A program made the position numbers and the translations under genes. DNA of 64,000 nt from an uncultured Candidatus Saccharibacteria bacterium (lineage in GTDB: Bacteria; Patescibacteriota; Minisyncoccia; Phycocordibacterales; UBA9988): positions 2,627-66,626 of the forward strand of contig CAYNXC010000001.1 in assembly GCA_964401135.1 (NCBI GenBank), in the 5' to 3' direction. Shown here piece after piece: positions 16,517-26,533 of this stretch. The number at the start of each line of letters is the position of its first letter. Position 1 is the first letter of the stretch. Under the pieces are notes generated by a model. That model did not search any database. It was not told the origin of the DNA and saw only the letters and a list, made by a program, of their open reading frames with translations.

Positions 16517-19500
16517 CTACTCAAAATCCCTCTCTCTATCCTCTTCTGCGAATTCTGATTTCAGTCCGGTACCAGCCGGGATAAGCCGTCCAATAATAAC
16601 ATTCTCCTTGAGACCACGGAGCATATCCATACCGCCCCTGATGGCAGTATCAATGAGAATGCGTGTGGTGTTTTGGAATGAAGCTGCGGAGAGAAAGCTC
16701 TCTGTATTGAGAGCAACTTCAGTAATGCCTAAGACAATGACATCTCCAACGGCAGCCTCGCCACCATCCCGTGCGATGCGATCATTCTCTTCAGTGAGTT
16801 CGCGCGACTCAATAATTTCTCCAGCAACAAAGCGTGTATCGCCAGGGGTCTTAATCTTTCTTCGACTAAACATTTGCCGGATCATGACCTCAATGTGCTT
16901 GCGCGAGATAGATGCGCCTTGCAAGTGGTAGATACTTTCAATCTCTTTCAGAATATAGTCTTCTGCGGCAGCCTTGCCTGCGAGTTTGAAGAGGTCAGGG
17001 ATAATGATGTGGCCGTCGGTCAAGGCTTGCCCCTTCTTTACACGGTCACCCTCTGCCACAGTGACAGTGCGTGGGAAGAGTACCGAGTATTGGAAGCTAG
17101 AATCTTTCTTCTTCTTACTCTCTACATCAGGGAGTAAGGTAATCACTCGTTCGCGACCAGATGTTTTGATCTCGATCACATTACCATCCACTTCAGAGAG
17201 TATGGCAGGGTTCTTTGGAGTGCGGCGCTCAAAAATTTCTTCAACACGGGGGAGGCCTCCGACGATATCACCCTTTGTGTCTACACCTCCTGAGTGCTTG
17301 GTGCGCATAGTGAGCTGGGTACCTGGCTCTCCAATGGCCTGCGCGGCAACAATGCCGACAGTCTCACCTTGTTCCACAACATTACCACGACCCAAGTCTA
17401 TGCCGTAACATGTTGAGCAAATACCGTTTAACGATTTACAAGTGAGCGGGGAACGGACAATTGCCTCACTGACTTTTTGTTCATCTATCTCTTTCGCATC
17501 AACCTTTGTTACCAGGTGTCCGCGTTTAAAAATCACCGTCCCGTCAGCAGTCACAATGTCTGTAGAAAGTACACGGCCACGGATTGTGTTACCAATGCCG
17601 GAGTCAAAGACGGGAATATTCTCCATTGAGATCTTTTTGCCGTCCTTGGTACCGCAATCTTCCTCACGGATCACCACATCTTGCGAGACATCAACGAGCT
17701 TGCGCGTGAGGTAACCTGCCTTTGCCGTGTTGAGTGCGGTGTCAGCAAGCGTCTTCCTAGAACCATGCGTGGTCACGAAGTACTCAATCGGAGAGAGTCC
17801 TTCTTTATATGAGGGAATGATTGGGTAGTCCACTAAGCGACCAGCAGGGTTCACAATGAGTCCCTTCATTCCTGCCATCTGACTCACTTGGTTAATAGAA
17901 CCACGCGCGCCAGAATGCAACATATCCCCTACCGGACCATTGATGGGAAGTGCGTTCGGAACCTCTTTATCAATACGCATCTTTGCGCGTTGCCACACCT
18001 CAATAATCATACGGTAACGCTCCTCTTCAGAGAGAAGGCCGTCTGCGTATTGATCTTCAATAGTAACTGCCTCTTTTTTCGCATCAATAATAATCCCTCC
18101 TTTTGCCTCTGGTACACCGACATCATCAATACCCCAAGTAATACCTGACACCGTCGCGTGGTGGAAACCAAAATACTTGATATCGTCTAGGATATCTGGA
18201 GTCTTTTTTAGCCCATAGAGATCAAAGACGCGAGAGACAAGTTCAGCAATATCCTTGCGGGTAATCTCCCGATTCATGTATGGAAAGTCATCGGGGAAGA
18301 TGTTGTTCCACATTAATCGGCCCAATGTCGTCTCTATACAATCCCCCTCAAAGGCCGCGTACTTGCTTGAGATAGGCTTCTCGATAAAGATGCGTGCGCG
18401 GAAGGAGAGGTTGCCAAAGCTATGCGCGAGTAGAGCACTTTCATAATCAAGAAAGACATTCCCCTCGCCTTGTTCTCCTTTTACCTCCTTGGTCATCCAG
18501 TAGACGCCAAGAACCATGTCCAGAGTCGGGTTGACCACCGGGTCTCCCGAGCCGGGACGCAAGAGATTCTTAACAGAGGCAATCAGCTCGCGTGCCTCGC
18601 GTTGTGCAGCATTGCCAAGCGGTACATGCACTGCCATTTGATCACCATCGAAGTCAGCGTTAAAAGCGGCGCATACCATCGGGTGTACTTGGATAGCGTT
18701 CCCCTCAATAAGCACAGGACGAAAGGCCTGGATGCCAAGGCGGTGCAGTGTCGGCGCACGGTTTAAAAGTACATGCTTGTCGCGGATCACATCTTCAAGG
18801 ATGGCCCACACTTCTGGGATTTCTTCTTCAATCAGTTTTCCTGCACCACGGATGTTGTAGGCCAGCTCTTGCCCCAGCAACTCTGAGATGACAAAGGGGC
18901 GGAAAAGCTCCAAGGCCATATGTTTGGGGAGACCACATTGTGATAGTTTCAGTTCTGGACCCACCACAATCACACTTCGACCAGAGTAGTCTACACGCTT
19001 ACCTAAGAGATTTTGCCTGAAGCGTCCCTGCTTACCCTTGATGCTATCCGAGAGTGATTTGAGCGTGCGACGCTGTGCCTGACTCATAGCACTCTGGCGC
19101 GCGTGGATAGAATTGTCTAATAGATCGTCAACTGCCTCTTGGAGGATGCGCTTCTCGTTACGGAGGATCACATCAGGAGCATTCAAGTCTTTTAACTTCT
19201 TCAGTCGGTTGTTGCGATTAATCACGCGACGATAGAGATCGTTCACATCTGATGTTGCGTGTCGGCCACCGTCAAGTGCGACCATAGGGCGCAGTGCCGG
19301 TGGGATGACAGGGACCACAGTCATAAACATCCACTCGGGCCGTACACCTGACTGGAGCATTGATTTGAATAGATTAAAGCGCTTCTGAATTTTTGTACGA
19401 TCAAGTGAATTTGCAGTGGCGAGATCAGCCGAGAGATGCTCCACCATCTCATTCAAATCAATACCCTTGAAAATCTGGTAGATCGCCTCTGCGCCAATAC

Positions 19501-20161
19501 CCGCCTCAAAGACTGTCGCGTACTTCATAGAGTAGCGGTGATAGTTCATCTCATCCAGGACACGCCACTTAACGAGTGATTCTACCTCGCGTTTAGCATC
19601 AAGCAGAGCATCACGGAGTCTTTCTATATCGTCCTTGCCTGTTAAAGACTTGATCTTCGCCTTAAACTCGGAATCCAAACGGCGTAAGAGCTCCGTCTTC
19701 TCATCCTCATTCACACGCGTGATAATGTAACCAGCAAAGTAGATGACTTTTTCTAAATCGCCCACCGATAGGTTGAGTGCCATACCGATGCGTGAAGGAA
19801 CACCGCGGAGGAACCAGATGTGCGCAACAGGACTTGCCAATTCGATATGCCCCATGCGCTCACGACGCACGATGGAACGCGTGACCTCAACACCACACTT
19901 CTCGCAGATGATGTCCTTATAGCGGATACGCCGGTACTTCCCGCAGTAACACTCGTAGTCCTTCTCGGGACCGAAGATTTTTTCATCAAAGAGACCCCCG
20001 CGCTCACTGCGCTGGGTACGATAGTTGATCGTCTCTGGCTTGGTTACCTCACCGTATGACCACTCGTGTATCCGTTCAGGGGATGCAAGCTTGAGCGATA
20101 TCGCGTTGAAATCTGTTTTCATTTCTTTTCCAGGCATAGGCGTTTTATTGGAGATCCTCAA
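16517..20161 (-). CDS. rpoC: RNA polymerase beta' subunit
   Basis: 1214 aa, NADFDGDQM active site, zinc-binding N-terminus. Confidence 0.95.
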   Translation of the reverse strand: MRISNKTPMPGKEMKTDFNAISLKLASPERIHEWSYGEVTKPETINYRTQRSERGGLFDEKIFGPEKDYECYCGKYRRIRYKDIICEKCGVEVTRSIVRRERMGHIELASPVAHIWFLRGVPSRIGMALNLSVGDLEKVIYFAGYIITRVNEDEKTELLRRLDSEFKAKIKSLTGKDDIERLRDALLDAKREVESLVKWRVLDEMNYHRYSMKYATVFEAGIGAEAIYQIFKGIDLNEMVEHLSADLATANSLDRTKIQKRFNLFKSMLQSGVRPEWMFMTVVPVIPPALRPMVALDGGRHATSDVNDLYRRVINRNNRLKKLKDLNAPDVILRNEKRILQEAVDDLLDNSIHARQSAMSQAQRRTLKSLSDSIKGKQGRFRQNLLGKRVDYSGRSVIVVGPELKLSQCGLPKHMALELFRPFVISELLGQELAYNIRGAGKLIEEEIPEVWAILEDVIRDKHVLLNRAPTLHRLGIQAFRPVLIEGNAIQVHPMVCAAFNADFDGDQMAVHVPLGNAAQREARELIASVKNLLRPGSGDPVVNPTLDMVLGVYWMTKEVKGEQGEGNVFLDYESALLAHSFGNLSFRARIFIEKPISSKYAAFEGDCIETTLGRLMWNNIFPDDFPYMNREITRKDIAELVSRVFDLYGLKKTPDILDDIKYFGFHHATVSGITWGIDDVGVPEAKGGIIIDAKKEAVTIEDQYADGLLSEEERYRMIIEVWQRAKMRIDKEVPNALPINGPVGDMLHSGARGSINQVSQMAGMKGLIVNPAGRLVDYPIIPSYKEGLSPIEYFVTTHGSRKTLADTALNTAKAGYLTRKLVDVSQDVVIREEDCGTKDGKKISMENIPVFDSGIGNTIRGRVLSTDIVTADGTVIFKRGHLVTKVDAKEIDEQKVSEAIVRSPLTCKSLNGICSTCYGIDLGRGNVVEQGETVGIVAAQAIGEPGTQLTMRTKHSGGVDTKGDIVGGLPRVEEIFERRTPKNPAILSEVDGNVIEIKTSGRERVITLLPDVESKKKKDSSFQYSVLFPRTVTVAEGDRVKKGQALTDGHIIIPDLFKLAGKAAAEDYILKEIESIYHLQGASISRKHIEVMIRQMFSRRKIKTPGDTRFVAGEIIESRELTEENDRIARDGGEAAVGDVIVLGITEVALNTESFLSAASFQNTTRILIDTAIRGGMDMLRGLKENVIIGRLIPAGTGLKSEFAEEDRERDFE

Positions 20162-23100
20162 GCTCTACATCCAGCGCGAGCCCGCGGAGCTCATTGAGTA
20201 ATACATTAAAGGACGCAGGGATGGATGGGGTCTTGATTAACTCCCCCTTCACCATTGAGTCAAAGGCCTGTGAACGACCTGTGATATCGTCTGACTTAAT
20301 GGTTAGCATCTCACGCAGGGTGTAGGCGGCCCCGTAGCCCTCAAGCGCCCAGACTTCCATCTCTCCAAAGCGCTGCCCACCACCCTGTGCGCGACCACCC
20401 AATGGCTGTTGGGTGATGAGCGAGTAAGGTCCAATAGAGCGCATGTGGATCTTATCTTCCACCATGTGGTGCAGTTTGAGCACATACATACTCCCAATTG
20501 CAATCTTCTGCTCAAAAGGCTCACCGCTCCTGCCATCATAGAGGGTCACTTTACCATCGCGAGGGAAGCCTGCCTTCTCTAATTCATCCTTAATTTCTTC
20601 TGGTCCCGCACCTTGGAAGACAGGCGTCATTGCTTGGTAGTTCAGCGTGCGGGCGGCAAGGCCTAGATGCATTTCTAAAATCTGCCCCAGGTTCATACGA
20701 GAAGGAACACCAAGGGGGGTGAGTACCACATCAATAGGCGTACCATCCGCTGTATAGGGCATATCTTCGACAGGGAGGATCTTTGCAATAACTCCCTTGT
20801 TACCGTGGCGGCCGGCGAGCTTGTCACCAACAGAGACATTACGGACCTGTGCTACTTCAATGTGAATCTGTTTAATGATACCGCTCTCTAACTTATCTCC
20901 CTTGTCGCGTGAGAAGATTTTGACTCCAATGATACGGCCACGCTTGCCATGACTCATCCGCAGTGAGGAATCTTTCACATCGCGCACTTTTTCTCCAAAG
21001 ATAGAACGAAGGAGCCGCTCTTCTGGCGTGAGCTCGGTCTCACCTTTGGCGGTAATCTTCCCTACAAGAATATCGTTAGGGCCGACTTCTGCTCCGATGC
21101 GTACAATGCCCTCCTCATCAAGATTTTTTAGTTTTGCTTCACCAACATTCGGTATGTCGCGAGTGGTCACCTCTGGTCCGAGCTTAGTGTCGCGGACATT
21201 ACAGACAAATTCCTCAATATGTATGTTGGTGAAAATATTTTCGCGCACCAACCGCTCCGAAATGACAATGGCATCCTCGTAGTTAGCTCCCTCCCATGTC
21301 ATAAAGGCAACAAACACATTTTGACCGAGTGACATCTGCCCGTTGGAACTAGATGATGTGTCTGCAAGAAGGTCACCCTTCTTCACCGTATCGTGTAGTG
21401 AGACAGCTGGACGCTGATGGAAGGCGGTAAAGTCATTGGTACGGCCAAATGTGACGAGCTTATATTCGCGCCTCTCCCCATCCTTGCCCTTAATGAGGAT
21501 GTGTTCACCGTCCACCTCTGCCACTTCTCCATCAATATCAGAAAAGATGAGTCGTCCGGTAAAGCGTGCGGCGAACTCCTCCATGCCGGTCGCAACAAAT
21601 GGAGCCTCTGGGCGGACACAAGGGACTGCCTGCTTTTGCATGTTAGAACCCATGAGTGCACGATTGGCATCGTCGTGTTCCAAGAAAGGGATCATTGAGG
21701 TCGCAACGGAATAGGCCTGGTTGGGAGCGACATCAATAAAGTGCACATCCTTACGCGCCACCACACCTGGCTTGGTCATGGCGCGCACTTCTACTTCCTC
21801 ATCAAGAAGTCGCATCTCGGCATCGTATGGGACGCTTGCGTGCGCAATGTTGTATTGCTCTTCGTCAAGCGCATTTAAGAACACTACTTCATCAGTGATG
21901 CGTCCGCTCGTCACACGGCGATATGGTGTCTCAATTATTCCCAGGTCGTTCACACGCGCGTAGGTGGTAAGATGGAGAATCAAACCAATGTTTGGACCTT
22001 CTGGCGTGTGGATAGGACAGAGGCGGCCATAGTGGCTCGTGTGCACATCACGGACTTCAAAGCCGGCACGCTCACGGGTGAGGCCCCCAGGGCCCATGGC
22101 CGAGAGGGTGCGCAGGTGCTCCACTTCAGCAAGCACATTGTCTTGTCGCATGAACTGTGAGAGCTGGTTAGTAGTGAAAAATTCTTTGATGCGCGCCTGT
22201 AGGGGGCGTGGTGATATGAGCTGGATGGGGTACATTGTATCAGCATCGGCAGTAGACATTTTGTCTTGAATATAACGCTTCATCTGCGTCATACCCACAC
22301 GCACACGCTGTTGGAGCATCTCGCCCACCAGTCGTACACGGCGTAGTCCCAAGTGGTCAATGTCATCCTCCTTTGCGCCCTTGGTACTGTTTAAGATGAT
22401 GATGTGGCTCATGATGCGAACGAGGTCATCAAAGGAGAGTGTACGAGAATCTGCATCCTTACCGCTCGCAGTAAGTCCAAAGCGCTGATTGAGACGGTAA
22501 CGGCCAACGAGGGATAAGTCGTAGCGATCGCTTGAGAAAAGATTTTGAATAAACTCGCGCGCTCCAGAGACAGTTACAAGATCAGAGTCGCGAAGTCGCT
22601 TGTAGACCTCAACAAAAGTCTGGTCAATTGAGTTGAAGGTCTCCTTATCTAAGGTATTTTTGATGTAGGAGGTCTCGGTCTCAAGATGTGCGAAGGCCTC
22701 TTGAATTGCCTCGGTGCTACTCTTGCCACTCGCGTCACCAAAGATACGCAAGAGAGCGGTTGCGGGAAGCTTGCGCTTGCGATCAATGCGCACATAGATA
22801 CAACCATCCAACTCTGTCTCAAACTCAATCCATGCACCACGGGAAGGAATGATCTTTGCGCCAAAGTGCTTTTTACCGCGCAGATCGTTACCGGTGAAAA
22901 AGACGCCGAAACTGCGTGCGAGCTGAGGCACGACAACTCGTTCAATGCCATTGATAATGAATGTGCCGTGCTCCGTCATCAAGGGGAAATCGGCGAGGAA
23001 AATTTTCTGCTCGTGTTCAAAGTTCTTGCTCTTGAGTACCACACTCGCTACTAAGGATGCTTCGTAGGTGAGGTTATTTTCCTTGGCATACTGCTCGTCG

Positions 23101-23306
23101 TACTTTGGCTCCTCAATGGTAAAATCCTTGATGGTCAGATCAAATTTTTTCTCCGAATAGTCCTTGATGGGAGAAAACTCCTTAAAGACCTCCTCGAGGC
23201 CGTCTTTGACAAGCCAACGGAACGAGTTGAGCTGGAGCTCAACGAGGTCGGGAACCTTAGCGAGAGGCTTTTTGTACTTTAAAAAATACTTTTTGGTGGA
23301 CTTCAT
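20145..23306 (-). CDS. rpoB: RNA polymerase beta subunit
   Basis: 1053 aa, conserved beta motifs; overlaps rpoC by 17 nt. Confidence 0.95.
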   Translation of the reverse strand: MKSTKKYFLKYKKPLAKVPDLVELQLNSFRWLVKDGLEEVFKEFSPIKDYSEKKFDLTIKDFTIEEPKYDEQYAKENNLTYEASLVASVVLKSKNFEHEQKIFLADFPLMTEHGTFIINGIERVVVPQLARSFGVFFTGNDLRGKKHFGAKIIPSRGAWIEFETELDGCIYVRIDRKRKLPATALLRIFGDASGKSSTEAIQEAFAHLETETSYIKNTLDKETFNSIDQTFVEVYKRLRDSDLVTVSGAREFIQNLFSSDRYDLSLVGRYRLNQRFGLTASGKDADSRTLSFDDLVRIMSHIIILNSTKGAKEDDIDHLGLRRVRLVGEMLQQRVRVGMTQMKRYIQDKMSTADADTMYPIQLISPRPLQARIKEFFTTNQLSQFMRQDNVLAEVEHLRTLSAMGPGGLTRERAGFEVRDVHTSHYGRLCPIHTPEGPNIGLILHLTTYARVNDLGIIETPYRRVTSGRITDEVVFLNALDEEQYNIAHASVPYDAEMRLLDEEVEVRAMTKPGVVARKDVHFIDVAPNQAYSVATSMIPFLEHDDANRALMGSNMQKQAVPCVRPEAPFVATGMEEFAARFTGRLIFSDIDGEVAEVDGEHILIKGKDGERREYKLVTFGRTNDFTAFHQRPAVSLHDTVKKGDLLADTSSSSNGQMSLGQNVFVAFMTWEGANYEDAIVISERLVRENIFTNIHIEEFVCNVRDTKLGPEVTTRDIPNVGEAKLKNLDEEGIVRIGAEVGPNDILVGKITAKGETELTPEERLLRSIFGEKVRDVKDSSLRMSHGKRGRIIGVKIFSRDKGDKLESGIIKQIHIEVAQVRNVSVGDKLAGRHGNKGVIAKILPVEDMPYTADGTPIDVVLTPLGVPSRMNLGQILEMHLGLAARTLNYQAMTPVFQGAGPEEIKDELEKAGFPRDGKVTLYDGRSGEPFEQKIAIGSMYVLKLHHMVEDKIHMRSIGPYSLITQQPLGGRAQGGGQRFGEMEVWALEGYGAAYTLREMLTIKSDDITGRSQAFDSMVKGELIKTPSIPASFNVLLNELRGLALDVELEDLQ

Positions 23307-23455
23307 AACAAAAAATATGGGCGCAGAAATATACCCAAAAAAGAATTACCTGTTAAAAGGTTATGAGCGAGAACTAGCTTATAATTGTGTTAGCAAATTT
23401 CGTAACTCAATCGTAGCTAAACGTAAAGAAGAGTATATACGACCACTTTCCATTG

Positions 23456-24133
23456 TCAAGCCTTCTTGGAGCGGTAGGAGTCTATGTTCTTGTGGTGGCC
23501 AGAGAGGAGGACTGTAGGGACGCGGTATTTTTTGCCCTTATAGGAAAGTACCTCGGGCCGTGTGTAAGTCTCACCACTGGCAACTCTTTTCTCCTCTAAT
23601 GAGATAGTTTTCCCCAATACTCCAGGGATATGTCGCGAGACGGCATCAATAATAGTAAGAGCAGGGAGCTCTCCACCGGTAAGAGTGTATGGTCCAACAG
23701 ACACTTCTTCTGCCTTGAGTATTTTTTTCACTCGCGCATCAATACCCTCGTAGTGCCCTGCGATGAGTATGAGATCATCGTACTTTTTTGCGTACTGCTG
23801 TGCCTCCTTTTGCGTGAACTGCTTACCGCGTGGGGACATTATGAGTATCTTTCTCCGTGCATCTTTTTTTAGATGAAGTGAATCTACCGCCTGCACAAGG
23901 GGGAAAGCCTTCATCACCATACCGGGACCACCACCATAGGGCTTGTCGTCAGCTTTTTTATGTGAGTCTGTGCAAAAGTCACGAGGGTTCACTGCTTGTA
24001 TAGAAATAAGCTTGCGCAGAGTAGCGCGCTTGATCATTGAGGAGTCACGGTAGGAGTCCAGACTCTCGGGGAAGAGCGTGATGATTGAAAACTTCATCTC
24101 TTTATTATACAACAATCTCGCTCTGTTGTACAC
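23456..24133 (-). CDS. trmD: tRNA (guanine37-N1)-methyltransferase
   Basis: MKFSIITLFPE..., SPOUT knot motifs. Confidence 0.9.
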   Translation of the reverse strand: MYNRARLLYNKEMKFSIITLFPESLDSYRDSSMIKRATLRKLISIQAVNPRDFCTDSHKKADDKPYGGGPGMVMKAFPLVQAVDSLHLKKDARRKILIMSPRGKQFTQKEAQQYAKKYDDLILIAGHYEGIDARVKKILKAEEVSVGPYTLTGGELPALTIIDAVSRHIPGVLGKTISLEEKRVASGETYTRPEVLSYKGKKYRVPTVLLSGHHKNIDSYRSKKA

Positions 24134-24162
24134 AGGGCGAGATTTGTCTACTTTTTTAGAGA

Positions 24163-24504
24163 CTAAAACTGGAGATCAGCCATTGCCTGATCCACGGTCT
24201 TGGCAGCTGCCGTATTTGCAGTATCGAGAGGGCCTTCTGCAGAGCGGCGACCTCCTTCTGGCTCATTGATCTTCAAATTGACGCGAGCGTTGTTCTTCAT
24301 CCCCACGACACGCAAGAGGGTGCGGATGGCCTTGGCAGTGTTGCCACTCCTCCCAATCACCTTCCCCATATCGGCATGATTGAGATCAAGGGTGAGAAGC
24401 ACGCCCATCTCGTCTACCGACCTTCCAATCTTTACATCATCCGGATTATCCACAAGAGCCTTGATAACATTCTCAAGAAACTCCTGATCAAAGTGTTCTG
24501 ACAT
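24163..24504 (-). CDS. KH-domain RNA-binding protein (KhpA/YlqC-like)
   Basis: VIGRSGNTAKAIRTLL KH GXXG loop; located between rpsP and trmD. Confidence 0.75.
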   Translation of the reverse strand: MSEHFDQEFLENVIKALVDNPDDVKIGRSVDEMGVLLTLDLNHADMGKVIGRSGNTAKAIRTLLRVVGMKNNARVNLKINEPEGGRRSAEGPLDTANTAAAKTVDQAMADLQF

Positions 24505-24553
24505 ACAATACGATAACGATTGCTGTTAATTGATCAACCTACCTGTAAGTATA

Positions 24554-24955
24554 CTAGACTGTCTCTCCTGCTTCAACAACAGGAGCCACTTCTCCTTCTT
24601 CTTCTGTTTCTGCCGGTACTTCTACTGAGTCCCCTGTAATGGGAGTGACGGCTGGAGCGGCTTCTTCAACTTTTACGAGGACGGTCTTCTTGGGTAAGAT
24701 GTTTATTTTCTTACCTGAGATGATTCCAGTAGTGATGAGGAGGTTATGGACAGTACCAGAGAGCTGTGCACCGCGCTCTATCCAGTACTTGACCCGATCG
24801 GCATGTATCGTGTGTACATCCTTGCGAGGGTCATAGCTACCCAGAATCTCAAGAAAAGAACCCGGCTTTTTTGCGGCAGTACTATGCTCTGTCACGACCA
24901 CTCGGAATGAGGGGTCATTCTTGCGACCAACGCGCTGTAATCTGATCTTCAACAT
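24554..24955 (-). CDS. rpsP: 30S ribosomal protein S16 with C-terminal extension
   Basis: MLKIRLQRVGRKNDPSFRVVV... Confidence 0.9.
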   Translation of the reverse strand: MLKIRLQRVGRKNDPSFRVVVTEHSTAAKKPGSFLEILGSYDPRKDVHTIHADRVKYWIERGAQLSGTVHNLLITTGIISGKKINILPKKTVLVKVEEAAPAVTPITGDSVEVPAETEEEGEVAPVVEAGETV

Positions 24956-25025
24956 ACGGGCTCAACTATATCAGACAAGACGCGTGTCCGTCAATCTGTC
25001 GCAACATATGTGCTATGATAGCAAA

Positions 25026-26531
25026 ATGAAAAAAACCAGCTCGCAGAGCCGAGAAATGTCTCCTCTCCCGCCACTGCCAGGCCCTTTCCCCCGTGAAGTG
25101 ATCCAAGAAGCGGAGACGCTACTTAAGCGTGAAGCAGAGATAATGAAGCAAGAAGAGAAGCTGCGACGAGACTTCCGCAAAGTCCCTACCATCACCATAG
25201 ACCCAAAAGATGCAAAAGACTTTGACGATGCTATCTCTTTTCGCATGCTCCCTGACGGTAATCAAGAAGTTGGCATCCATATTGCCGATGTCTCTTTTTT
25301 TATCAGCCCTGGATCAGCGTTAGACAAGGAGGCAAACAAGCGTGCAACTTCTATCTACCTTGTTGATCGAGTCATCCCCATGCTCCCCGAGGGACTCTCC
25401 GACAATCTCTGTTCTCTAGTACCGGAGAAGGACCGCCTCTGCTACTCAGCAGTATTTGAAATAAGACAAGACGGACACATCGTTCAAGAATGGTTTGGGA
25501 GGACTATCATACGCTCTAGCGCCCGTCTAACTTATGAAGAGGCACAAGACATCATGGACGGCTCGCCACACATTTATGCAAAAGAAATACAGGAGCTCAC
25601 CAGTATCACACGGAAGCTCCGCAAACAAAAATTGGCGCAAGGCGCCATTGCCATTCACGACACCGAGCTACACTGCGAACTGGATGCGAGTGGCAAAGCA
25701 ATTTCTTTTTATGTGGTACCACACTTAGAGAGCCATCAATTGATTGAGGACCTCATGCTCCTCGCCAACCGTCGCGTAGCAGAGTACGCATCACATGCGG
25801 TTAAGAATAAGTCGGGAGCTTTTGTCTATCGAATCCACGACACGCCCGATATGGATAAGATTGCCTTCCTTGATCTCTACGCACGGCCACTTGGCTACAG
25901 CATACTCCGTGGTAATAGAGTAGATCCGGCAGAGCTTAATCGCCTTTTAACCGAGGTGCTGGGAACACCGCACCAATACTTTGTACACTCGGCAACGCTG
26001 CGCGCGATGGCAAGAGCTATTTACTCAACCAAAAACATTGGGCACTTTGGACTCGCCTTTAAGCACTATACACACTTTACCTCCCCCATCCGCCGTTACC
26101 CCGACCTCCTCGTACACAGACTCCTCTCCGAGTACCTCGCGGGGAAGACGGTAAAAGAGAGTGTACTTAAAGAGTGTGACAAGGCAGCGCTCCATGCCAC
26201 AGAGCGAGAGGTGATTGCCGCAGAGGCAGAGCGGGATTCACTGAAAGCAAAGCAGGTGGAGTACCTCTCCGAGCGAGTGAGGATGGAGAGTAATGGTATC
26301 ATAACCGGCGTGACCAACTTTGGCGTCTTTGTCCGAGAGGAGACGACTGGCGCTGACGGGCTCATCCATGTTACTAAACTCCCTGACGACTACTATATTT
26401 TTGACGAGCAAAAAATGATGCTCACGGGTGAGCGCACAAAAAAGAACTTCCGTCTCGGCGACACCGTCCGTATCAAAGTCTCTCGTGTTGATCAAGAACG
26501 GAACCAGATTGACTACGAACTCTTATCTTAG
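25026..26531 (+). CDS. rnr: RNase R/RNase II-family 3'-5' exoribonuclease (RNB + S1, no N-terminal CSDs); start chosen internal to the track ORF
   Basis: RNB motif ITIDPKDAKDFDDAISF; C-terminal S1 GIITGVTNFGVFV. The track ORF start (24921) overlaps the divergent rpsP, so ATG at 25026 (or 25008) is preferred. Confidence 0.75.
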   Translation: MKKTSSQSREMSPLPPLPGPFPREVIQEAETLLKREAEIMKQEEKLRRDFRKVPTITIDPKDAKDFDDAISFRMLPDGNQEVGIHIADVSFFISPGSALDKEANKRATSIYLVDRVIPMLPEGLSDNLCSLVPEKDRLCYSAVFEIRQDGHIVQEWFGRTIIRSSARLTYEEAQDIMDGSPHIYAKEIQELTSITRKLRKQKLAQGAIAIHDTELHCELDASGKAISFYVVPHLESHQLIEDLMLLANRRVAEYASHAVKNKSGAFVYRIHDTPDMDKIAFLDLYARPLGYSILRGNRVDPAELNRLLTEVLGTPHQYFVHSATLRAMARAIYSTKNIGHFGLAFKHYTHFTSPIRRYPDLLVHRLLSEYLAGKTVKESVLKECDKAALHATEREVIAAEAERDSLKAKQVEYLSERVRMESNGIITGVTNFGVFVREETTGADGLIHVTKLPDDYYIFDEQKMMLTGERTKKNFRLGDTVRIKVSRVDQERNQIDYELLS

Positions 26532-26533
26532 GT

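Noticed and set aside
16437-23054. Numerous 60-150 aa antisense/alternate-frame ORFs within rpoC and rpoB
   Set aside because: Typical spurious ORFs opposite long GC-rich conserved genes.
24921-25025. Track start of the RNase R ORF (MRPTRCN...) overlapping the divergent rpsP start
   Set aside because: It would overlap the first 35 nt of rpsP on the other strand. An internal ATG at 25026 (or 25008) gives a sensible N-terminus just before the RNB domain.
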